NCBI GenBank assembly: GCA_948438085.1
Contig: CAOJKP010000002.1
Span: 32,021 to 96,020 of the forward strand
DNA: 64,000 nt
Source: an uncultured Clostridium sp.
GTDB taxonomy: Bacteria > Bacillota > Clostridia > TANB77 > CAG-508
Direction: 5' to 3'
Shown: positions 55,224 to 63,201 of the stretch, one piece after another
Numbering within the stretch: position 1 is the stretch's first letter
How the letters are laid out: every line of letters starts with the position of its first letter
Notes under the pieces: model-generated
What the model was told of the DNA's origin: nothing
Seen by the model: the letters and a program-made list of their open reading frames with translations, nothing else
The model's database searches: none
Position numbers and translations under genes: made by a program

Positions 55224-55235
55224 TTTAATAAAAAA

Positions 55236-55266
55236 AGAAACGGATAGAGTATAATTATCCGTTTCT
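55236..55266. terminator. hairpin shared by the convergent lysis and hicAB transcripts
   Basis: AGAAACGGATA..TATCCGTTTCT. The T-run is only on the minus-strand side. Confidence 0.5.
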
Positions 55267-55333
55267 AAAATCTCCTAATAAGACAATAATATATTCATTA
55301 TAATAAATTAAAATTCTAAAAATGTCAAGAAAA

Positions 55334-55729
55334 TTAATTATTAATTTTTAATTCTTTTTTTAATGCTTTTTGTAATAACTGAGAAAAGTTAATGTCGTTT
55401 TTTTCTGCTAAAGTATTTAACCAAGTTGGTATAGATAAAGTCTTTTTTACAGCTATATTACTATATTTTTTCCTATATTCTAGCAAATCTATTTCAATAA
55501 TAGATATGAATTGATTAGCTTTTAATTTTATATGGTTATATGGAATAGTTGGTTTTGGAAAATCTTCTAAATCAGATAAATATAAACCTAATGCATCTTG
55601 AGCCATTATATATGCCTCATTAATAGAACTTCCGAAAGTGGAACAGCCTTTTAAGTCAACAAAATCAACCATATAACACTTACATTCATCATCATAAGTA
55701 AATATAGCTGGATAAACATAATTATTCAT
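55334..55729 (-). CDS. hicB: HicB-family antitoxin
   Basis: MNNYVYPAIFTYDDECKCYMVDFVDLKGCSTFGSSINEAYIMAQDALGLYL plus a C-terminal RHH-like tail. GGTGGGGA SD. Confidence 0.7.
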   Translation of the reverse strand: MNNYVYPAIFTYDDECKCYMVDFVDLKGCSTFGSSINEAYIMAQDALGLYLSDLEDFPKPTIPYNHIKLKANQFISIIEIDLLEYRKKYSNIAVKKTLSIPTWLNTLAEKNDINFSQLLQKALKKELKINN

Positions 55730-55788
55730 ATAAATCCCCACCTAATAGTATATTATTATAATATATTCAAAATATGATTAGAGTGGGA

Positions 55789-55969
55789 CTATTGTTTTAG
55801 TCCCGTTCTCTTTAGGATTTTAGCTACTAATCCTTTAGGTACATCCTTATTGTGCATAGGAATTATTTCTGTTTGATTACCGTTTTCTCATTTTTAAATG
55901 AGAGCCAGATTGAGAAATTTGTACCCATCCATTTTTTTCTAGTAGCTTTACTAATTCTTTAGGATACAT
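55789..55969 (-). CDS. hicA: HicA-family toxin, frame interrupted at an in-frame CGG
   Basis: MYPKELVKLLEKNGWVQISQSGSHLKMRK-CGG. The +1 frame continues as GNQTEIIPMHNKDVPKGLVAKILKRTGLKQ. CGG at 55882-55880 (minus). The combined 59 aa is a textbook HicA. Confidence 0.65.
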
Positions 55970-56185
55970 ATATGTAATCTCCTCTTTTCTTCAGTGCTTT
56001 TAAAAAGCTACTATTGAATATATTATTGTCCTTCGACATTATAATTATACTACGTAATAATACGTATGTCAAGAAAAACTTTTAAATTTTAAAAAATATT
56101 GAAGTTGGCATAGATATTGTATAATTTAACATAATATGGTAAAATATAATAGAAAACCAATAAAGGAATTGCAGGAGGAAGCAAG

Positions 56186-56383
56186 ATGGATAAAGACAAA
56201 GAAGAAAAACAGGTTTACGAAGCAAAGGGAATGGCTCTTATGGTTTATGATGGTTACACTGAAGCTGAAATAGCAGAAGCTTTTGGTGTAAGAGCATATG
56301 TTGTTGAAAGACGGCTACATATGATAGGACATACCTATCGTGAACTTGTTGAAATCCGTGAAAAAAGGAAGCAGAGTGGCTAA
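56186..56383 (+). CDS. small GC-richer HTH protein
   Basis: GYTEAEIAEAFGVRAYVVERRLHMI resembles sigma region-4 HTH. In-frame CGG at 56312 without a frame change. Confidence 0.45.
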   Translation: MDKDKEEKQVYEAKGMALMVYDGYTEAEIAEAFGVRAYVVERRLHMIGHTYRELVEIREKRKQSG

Positions 56384-56714
56384 TGCTACTCTGTGTTATT
56401 TTTATCCTTGACAAATTTTAATATCAATTATATTATTTAATTATTCTAATAGTATATAAAAAGTACTTGCATTATTCCACTCACTGCAGGTACTTTTTTT
56501 ATTATTTATTTTCGTTTCTAATTTTTTTCTGAATATATTTCCAAAATACAAAAAACATAGAAAAATCAAGACATATAAGTTATTTGATTAAAAATAAAAA
56601 TGGCTTAAATCCAATTTTAACGTGTCAAATTCTTTCCACTTTTTTCCATGTCTCCCACAGGAGACGGAATGTATGATATTAATATATATGTACATGATAA
56701 TGTAGGGTGAAAAA

Positions 56715-56915
56715 ATGAAAGTAAAAATATTGTTAAAGGAAGTAAGAACTAAAAGAGGTATTTCACTAAGACAACTAGAAGAGATGAGTGGAGTATCAAG
56801 AGCACATCTAAACGCAATAGAATTACAACATAAAGAACCAAGAATATCCATTTTAATAAAAGTAGCCAAAGCATTAGAAGTATCAATAGAAGAATTATAT
56901 GAAGTAGAGTGGTAG
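56715..56915 (+). CDS. XRE-family HTH protein
   Basis: LKEVRTKRGISLRQLEEMSGVSRAHLNAIE. Confidence 0.6.
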   Translation: MKVKILLKEVRTKRGISLRQLEEMSGVSRAHLNAIELQHKEPRISILIKVAKALEVSIEELYEVEW

Positions 56916-57126
56916 CACAAAAGAGATAAGGTAAAACTTATCTCGAATGTACATATCAGATGCTAATAAATGTTGTATAAAAGGAGAAAAAGATGGAGAA
57001 AGAAATTGTAGAAGAAATTATGAAAGAATGTAATTGGAAAGAGAAAATTATTGTAAAATTATTTGCAAAATTGATTATTAAAATTTATAAGGTAGGTATT
57101 ACGTATGGATTTAATAATAAATAAAA

Positions 57127-57150
57127 AGTATGCAATAGGTAATGCAGTAG
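57127..57150 (+). repeat. arm-type repeat pair related to 20620-20641
   Basis: AGTATGCAATA GGTAATGCAGTAG compared with AGTATGCAGTA AGTATGCAGTAG. Confidence 0.45.
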
Positions 57151-57240
57151 CAAAAATTTTGTACATATGTGTAAAAAATATATACAGTTTTAAAAACGAT
57201 AAAAAGGCTTTAAATCAATATGTAGAGAGTTGTAAAACAA

Positions 57241-57268
57241 AAGAAGAGTTTTTTGAAAAACTCTTCTT
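57241..57268 (-). terminator. terminator of tRNA-Leu
   Basis: AAGAAGAGTTTTT..AAAAACTCTTCTT hairpin directly 3' of the tRNA on the minus strand. Confidence 0.65.
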
Positions 57269-57270
57269 AA

Positions 57271-57359
57271 TGGTGCAGATGATCGGAATCGAACCGATAC
57301 GGTGTTTAACCACCGCAGGATTTTAAGTCCTGTGCGTCTGCCAGTTCCGCCACATCTGC
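57271..57359 (-). tRNA. tRNA-Leu (anticodon UAA), integration target
   Basis: Minus strand GCAGATGTGGCGGAACTGGCAGACGCACAGGACTTAAAATCCTGCGGTGGTTAAACACCGTATCGGTTCGATTCCGATCATCTGCACCA. Long variable arm, anticodon loop CTTAAAA, encoded CCA. Confidence 0.9.
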
Positions 57360-57391
57360 ATATTAACTGGCTTGATGTTTAAAACAAAACT

Positions 57392-57420
57392 ATTATAAAT
57401 GTGTTTTTGTTCTTTGTCAA
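57392..57420 (-). promoter_or_regulatory. promoter of tRNA-Leu
   Basis: Minus strand TTGACA (57415-57420) -17- TATAAT (57392-57397). Confidence 0.6.
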
Positions 57421-57530
57421 TACATTTTTATAAAAAACTTAGAATATTTTATAAAAAATCGTAATCATAGATATGTAAAAACATAAGTATTTAATGTATA
57501 ATATAAAAAATAAAAAGGAGAAAATCGTAA

Positions 57531-58100
57531 TTGAGAAGTATTATAATTGTAAAAAGCAATAAGAACAAAGCAATAATTGAGTTAAAGCAGTATGTTAATC
57601 ATAAATGGGCAACTACTATATATACAAAAGGGTACATAGGTAGGAATGGAGTAGGCAAACTAAAAGAAGGAGATGGCAAAACACCAAAAGGATTATTTAG
57701 ATTGGGAATAGCTTTTGGAATATATGAATCAATTAAAACTATGTTGCCATATGTGAAAGTTCAGGATAGTATGTATTGGATTGATGATTATAATTCAAAG
57801 TTTTATAATGAATTAGTGAAAGTTGAAACTAATAAGAACAACAAAGAAATGAATTGCAAAAATGTATCAATAGAAGAAATTGATTGGAAAACAGCAGAGC
57901 ATTTAATTGAATATAAAAAGCAATATGAATATGCTATTGAAATAAAATATAATGAAGAAAAAGAGAGGGAGAAAGGAAGTGCCATTTTTTTACATTGTTC
58001 TTGTGATAAACCAACAGCTGGTTGTATAGCAATACCAGCTATAGACATGAAGAAACTTTTGAAATGTGTTAACAATAAAACAAAGATTTATATTATGTAA
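57531..58100 (+). CDS. L,D-transpeptidase-family (YkuD-like) protein
   Basis: GSAIFLHCSCDKPTAGCIAIP catalytic Cys motif. TTG start. Confidence 0.55.
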   Translation: MRSIIIVKSNKNKAIIELKQYVNHKWATTIYTKGYIGRNGVGKLKEGDGKTPKGLFRLGIAFGIYESIKTMLPYVKVQDSMYWIDDYNSKFYNELVKVETNKNNKEMNCKNVSIEEIDWKTAEHLIEYKKQYEYAIEIKYNEEKEREKGSAIFLHCSCDKPTAGCIAIPAIDMKKLLKCVNNKTKIYIM

Positions 58101-58188
58101 GAATTAATCTACATTGACAAATATTTAACTTAAATATAAAATAACATTGAAACTAAACAAATAATCTGGAAAGGATTGAAAATTAAAT

Positions 58189-59898
58189 ATGAAAAAAATA
58201 GTACTAATAATATTGGTAATAGTTGTTATTATATTTGCAATATTTATAATTAATAAAAATAAAGATAGTAATTATGAATTAAAAGAAGTTGTGGAATATA
58301 ATTATTATCAATTGAATAAAGAACAAAAATTGGGAGTAATAAATACAAAAGGAGAAATAATAGTAGAACCAATATATGATAGTATAAAGATACCAAATCC
58401 AGAAAAAGATGTATTTATATGTCAAAAGGATAATACATATGAAACATTAAATTCAAATGCACAAAAATTATTTAACGAATATGAAGAAGTGGACGCAATA
58501 GAATTAAATGGTATAGTAAGTGATGTTCCATATGAAAAAGAAGTGCTAAAATACAAAAAAAACGGAAAATATGGGATAATATCGTACGATGGAAAACAGC
58601 TAACAAAACCAATATATGATGAAATACAAGGATTGAACAACAAAGAAGGGGAAATGTTAGTAAAAAAAGATGATAAGTATGGTGTTATAAATTGCAAAGG
58701 AAAATTAATCATAAAAACTAAGTATGATTCTATATCAGGTGATGGATTTTATACTAAAAAGGATAAATATAAATATTCTGGATATATAGTTAATGTAAAA
58801 ACTCAAGATGGATATAGATATGGATATATTAACAACAAATTAAAGAAAATACTAGATGAAGAATATTCAGAAATATATAGAATTATGGAAAATGATGATA
58901 TAGAAAATACATATATAATTGCTACAAAAAAGGGTATGACGGGTGTAATAAAAAATAATAATCAGCTAATAGATGCAATATATCAAGATATAGAATTTGA
59001 AAAAAATAATAAAATATTTATTGTAAAGAAAAACTCACAATATGGAGTTTTAGACATAAATGGAAATATCATTGTACCAATTGATGCAGATAGTATACAA
59101 GAAAATGGAATATATATATTAGAAAAAAAAAATAATGAACAAAAGTATTATGATTTATCTGGTAATATAATTAACGATTTAAAATATGAAGCAGTGAATA
59201 AAACTAAAAGTGATAAGTATTTTATAGCTAGTACTACAAATGGTAAATATGGAGTTATAGATAATAATAAAAATGAATTAATAGAAGCAAACTATACATA
59301 TATGGAATATTTATTTGATGACTATTTTATAGCGACGAAAGATGATGGAGATTTAGGAATAATAAATTCAAAAAATAGAACTATAGTGGAATTCAAATAC
59401 GATGTAATACAAAAAATTGGAGATACTAAAATAGTACAAGCAAAAACAATAAATAAAGATAAATCGGATTTCTATTCAAGCTCATTATCATTAATAGCAT
59501 CTCTTAACAATGCAAATGTAACACAAAAAGAAGATGTTATAAAAATATCAAATAATGAAGATGTGAGATATTTTGATGCCCAAGGGAATGAATTACAAAA
59601 AGAAAAAATATTTGTAAATAATAAATTGTTATCAATTAAAGAAGCAAATAAATGGGGGTTTGTAGATAAAAGTAATAAAAATATAGTAGAATGTAAGTAT
59701 GACAAAGTAACAGAATTTAATCAATATGGATTTGCGGGAGTCTGTATAGATGAAAAATGGGGAGTAATAAATGAAAATGGAGAAATTTTGATACAACCAA
59801 CATATAAACTAGTATCAGACCGTGAACCAGAATTTATAGGGGAATACTATAAAGTATATTATGGATATGGAGAAAGCTATTATACAGATAAAAAATAG
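58189..59898 (+). CDS. WG-repeat (KWG) containing membrane-anchored protein
   Basis: N-terminal TM helix and many repeats of the K(Y/W)G(V/F)I(D/N)..G..I(V/I)..(K/Y)YD type. Confidence 0.7.
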   Translation: MKKIVLIILVIVVIIFAIFIINKNKDSNYELKEVVEYNYYQLNKEQKLGVINTKGEIIVEPIYDSIKIPNPEKDVFICQKDNTYETLNSNAQKLFNEYEEVDAIELNGIVSDVPYEKEVLKYKKNGKYGIISYDGKQLTKPIYDEIQGLNNKEGEMLVKKDDKYGVINCKGKLIIKTKYDSISGDGFYTKKDKYKYSGYIVNVKTQDGYRYGYINNKLKKILDEEYSEIYRIMENDDIENTYIIATKKGMTGVIKNNNQLIDAIYQDIEFEKNNKIFIVKKNSQYGVLDINGNIIVPIDADSIQENGIYILEKKNNEQKYYDLSGNIINDLKYEAVNKTKSDKYFIASTTNGKYGVIDNNKNELIEANYTYMEYLFDDYFIATKDDGDLGIINSKNRTIVEFKYDVIQKIGDTKIVQAKTINKDKSDFYSSSLSLIASLNNANVTQKEDVIKISNNEDVRYFDAQGNELQKEKIFVNNKLLSIKEANKWGFVDKSNKNIVECKYDKVTEFNQYGFAGVCIDEKWGVINENGEILIQPTYKLVSDREPEFIGEYYKVYYGYGESYYTDKK

Positions 59899-59929
59899 TA
59901 TAATACAATTATTGGAAGGAATGAGGAAA

Positions 59930-61177
59930 ATGTATAAAGAATATGGTTTAAATGAAGAAATTTTAAAACTAGCAATAGATGTAGAAAATGAATTAAAAGA
60001 TATTTATAATGAGATTGATGAAATATGCGAATACAATAGTTTAAAAGTACTAAAAGCTATGCAAGATAATAATATATCAGATATGCATTTTGGTAGCACT
60101 ACTGGATATGGATATGGAGATATTGGAAGGGATACAATAGAAAAAGTATATAAAGATGTATTAGGAGCAGAAGATGCAATTGTTCGTAATCAATTTATAT
60201 CTGGAACACATGCTCTAACAGTAGCATTGTTTGGAATATTAAGACCACAAGATACAATGTTAAGTATTTCTGGAAAACCATATGATACATTAGATTCAGT
60301 TATTGGAATAAAAGAGAATTCCAGTTCATTAAAATCATTTGGAATTAAATATGAGCAAATTGATTTAGTAAATAATGAATTTGATAAAGAAAAAATAAAA
60401 AAAAGAATTGAAAAAGGTGGAGTAAAGTTAGTAGAGATTCAACGTTCAAGAGGATATTCAACAAGGAAAAGTATAACAATTGAAAAAGTAGAAGAAATAG
60501 TAAAATTAATTAAATCAATAGATAAAAATGTAATAATAATGATAGATAATTGTTATTGTGAATTTGTATGTAAAAAAGAACCGACTCAAGTTGGAGCAGA
60601 CTTAATTGTAGGTTCGCTAATAAAAAATTTAGGTGGAGGGATAGCACCAAATGGAGCATATATAGCAGGAAAAAAAGAATTGGTAGAATTAGCAGCAGAA
60701 CGATTAACATCTCCAGGATTAGGAAAAGAGGTAGGACCATCACTTGGAATGAACAAGAACATAATGCAAGGATTATTTTTTGCCCCAAGTGTTGTTGCAA
60801 GTAGCTTAAAAACGGCAATATTTACAAGTAGAATGTTAGAAAAATTAGGATATATACCAGAACCACTATATAATGAAGAAAGAGCAGATATAGTACAAAC
60901 AATACAATTTGGAAATGAAAAAGATTTAATAAAATTTTGCCAAGGAATACAAATGGGTTCACCAGTAGACTCAAATTCAATACCAGAGCCATGGGACATG
61001 CCAGGGTACACAGATAAAGTAATAATGGCTTCAGGTGCATTTACACAAGGTTCATCAATAGAATTATCATGTGATGCTCCAATTAGACCACCATATATAG
61101 CATATATGCAGGGAGGATTAACTTATCAATATGGAAAATTAGGAGTATTAAAAGCTATTTCAAATATGAAAAAATAA
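59930..61177 (+). CDS. YnbB / aluminium-resistance-family PLP-dependent (methionine gamma-lyase-like) protein
   Basis: HFGSTTGYGYGDIGRDTIEKVY..., LIVGSLIKNLGGGIAPNGAYIAG. Confidence 0.7.
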   Translation: MYKEYGLNEEILKLAIDVENELKDIYNEIDEICEYNSLKVLKAMQDNNISDMHFGSTTGYGYGDIGRDTIEKVYKDVLGAEDAIVRNQFISGTHALTVALFGILRPQDTMLSISGKPYDTLDSVIGIKENSSSLKSFGIKYEQIDLVNNEFDKEKIKKRIEKGGVKLVEIQRSRGYSTRKSITIEKVEEIVKLIKSIDKNVIIMIDNCYCEFVCKKEPTQVGADLIVGSLIKNLGGGIAPNGAYIAGKKELVELAAERLTSPGLGKEVGPSLGMNKNIMQGLFFAPSVVASSLKTAIFTSRMLEKLGYIPEPLYNEERADIVQTIQFGNEKDLIKFCQGIQMGSPVDSNSIPEPWDMPGYTDKVIMASGAFTQGSSIELSCDAPIRPPYIAYMQGGLTYQYGKLGVLKAISNMKK

Positions 61178-61191
61178 AAAGGGAAATTAAA

Positions 61192-62436
61192 ATGGATGTA
61201 ATAATAATAGGTGGAGGTCCTGCAGGAATGTTAGCAGCTATAAGTGCTGCAGAACATGGAAATAATGTAACGATTATAGAAAAAAATAGTATCTGTGGGA
61301 AAAAACTTTTGATAACTGGAAAAGGTAGATGTAACATAACAAGTAGTTTACCTATAGAAGAATTTATTAACAATATACCAGGAAATGGAAAATTTTTATA
61401 CAGTGTATTTAATAATTTTAGCAATAAAGATATAATAAATTTATTAAAAAAACATAACTTAGAAGTGAAAAATGAAAGAGGAAATAGAGTTTTTCCAGTA
61501 ACAGATAGATCGATGGATGTGTTAAATGCACTACTAGAAGAAATAAAACAAAAAAATATATTAATAAAAACAAATACAATAGTAAAAGATATATTAACAG
61601 AAAATAAAAAGGTAATAGGAGTAAGAACCGAAGAAGAAACAATCTATGCAGATAAAGTAGTACTTGCAACAGGAGGAAAGAGTTACCCTAAAACAGGATC
61701 TGATGGAAATGGATATGAAATAGCAAAAAGACTGGGGCATACTATAACTCCAATTAGAGCATCACTTGTACCGTTAGTAGTCAAAGAAAAAAATGAATGT
61801 GTTGCATTGCAAGGTTTAAGCTTAAAAAATGTTAAAATAACAGTAAAGCATACTAAGAACAATAAAATAATATATAATGATTTTGGGGAAATGATATTTA
61901 CTCATTTTGGGCTATCTGGACCAATAATACTAAGTAGTTCAGCACATATTTTAAGAGTAGAAGATATTGATGAAGTTTTAAAACAAAATAAAATAGAATT
62001 ATTAATAGATTTAAAACCTGCATTATCAGAAGAAAAGTTAAATTTAAGAATTATAAATGATTTTCAAAAATACAAAAACAAGCAGTTTAAAAATAGCCTA
62101 GAAGATTTATTGCCTAAAAAGATAATACCTATAATAATACAACTTTCGAAAATTAGCCCCGAAAAGCATGTTAATGAAATAACTAAACAAGAAAGACAAA
62201 ACTTAGTAAAATTACTAAAGAATTTAAAATTTACAATAAAAGATTTTGGAAGTATAAATGATGCAATTATTACATCAGGAGGAATAGATATAAAAGAATT
62301 AAATTCAAAGACAATGGAATCTAAAATAATAAAAGGACTATTTTTTGCAGGAGAAATAATAGATGTAGATGCATATACAGGTGGATTTAATTTGCAAATT
62401 GCATATTCAACAGGATATACAGCAGGATTAAACTAA
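61192..62436 (+). CDS. HI0933/BaiN-like NAD(P)/FAD-dependent oxidoreductase
   Basis: VIIIGGGPAGMLAAISAAE, ITGKGRCNITS, GLFFAGEIIDVDAYTGGFNLQIA. Confidence 0.8.
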   Translation: MDVIIIGGGPAGMLAAISAAEHGNNVTIIEKNSICGKKLLITGKGRCNITSSLPIEEFINNIPGNGKFLYSVFNNFSNKDIINLLKKHNLEVKNERGNRVFPVTDRSMDVLNALLEEIKQKNILIKTNTIVKDILTENKKVIGVRTEEETIYADKVVLATGGKSYPKTGSDGNGYEIAKRLGHTITPIRASLVPLVVKEKNECVALQGLSLKNVKITVKHTKNNKIIYNDFGEMIFTHFGLSGPIILSSSAHILRVEDIDEVLKQNKIELLIDLKPALSEEKLNLRIINDFQKYKNKQFKNSLEDLLPKKIIPIIIQLSKISPEKHVNEITKQERQNLVKLLKNLKFTIKDFGSINDAIITSGGIDIKELNSKTMESKIIKGLFFAGEIIDVDAYTGGFNLQIAYSTGYTAGLN

Positions 62437-62456
62437 AAAAGGAATTGATATAAAAG

Positions 62457-63086
62457 ATGGACAAATTTAAAACAATTGATAAGAATTATACTGAACAAAT
62501 AATTGAAAAAAAATCTAAATTTATTGCTAATGTATTTTATATAAATAATGTGCAAGAAGCCGAAGAAATTTTAAAAACAATAAAGAAAAAGTATTATGAT
62601 GCAAAGCATAATTGCTTTGCATATATTGTTGTAGATGAATCAGGTAACATAATTCAAAAATCAAGCGATGATAAAGAACCTTCAGGAACTGCAGGTGGAC
62701 CAATATTAAATATTATAAATGGTATGAATTTATGTAATGTAATAGTAATAGTAACAAGGTACTTTGGAGGAATTCTTTTAGGTACAGGGGGACTAGTAAG
62801 GGCATATTCTGAAGCAACAACAAAAGTTTTAAATTCTGCTAATATTATTGAGCTAGAGTTAGGAACATTAATAAAAGTAGAAGTTGAATATAGTAATATA
62901 GAGAATTTAAAGTATTATTGTAGAAAAAATAATATAAAAATTGCAAAAGAAAATTATTCAAATAATGTTGAAATTTTTTTAGAAATCACAAAAGATAAAT
63001 GGAAAAAAATGGAATTAGATAAAATGAAACTTAAAATAACAAAAATTGATAAAATACATGAAAAATATATAAAAATCGACTTATAA
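62457..63086 (+). CDS. yigZ: YigZ / IMPACT-family protein
   Basis: KSKFIANV..DAKHNCFAYIV..SSDDKEPSGTAGGPIL..VTRYFGGILLGTGGLVRAY. Confidence 0.8.
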   Translation: MDKFKTIDKNYTEQIIEKKSKFIANVFYINNVQEAEEILKTIKKKYYDAKHNCFAYIVVDESGNIIQKSSDDKEPSGTAGGPILNIINGMNLCNVIVIVTRYFGGILLGTGGLVRAYSEATTKVLNSANIIELELGTLIKVEVEYSNIENLKYYCRKNNIKIAKENYSNNVEIFLEITKDKWKKMELDKMKLKITKIDKIHEKYIKIDL

Positions 63087-63201
63087 AACAAAATGAAAAA
63101 TAAAAAAAATTAGAAAAAATTTAAAAATATTATTGTAAAATATTGGAAGTGATATTATAATCCTAAATGTGAAAAAAATAAATATTTAGGAGGAAAAACA
63201 A

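Larger units (their letters stand above)
20561..57270. mobile_element. siphovirus-type prophage (HK97-like head, cos/HNH packaging) integrated at tRNA-Leu
   Basis: Complete modular order int - CI/Cro - replication - HNH/TerS/TerL - portal/protease/capsid - tail - lysis - hicAB. att copy at 20545-20560 and tRNA 3' end at 57271. Related arm repeats at 20620-20641 and 57127-57150. Confidence 0.85.

Noticed and set aside
57105-57326. 73-aa ORF running into tRNA-Leu
   Set aside because: It reads through the tRNA terminator and 56 nt of the tRNA itself. The region also holds the arm-type repeats of the prophage attachment site.
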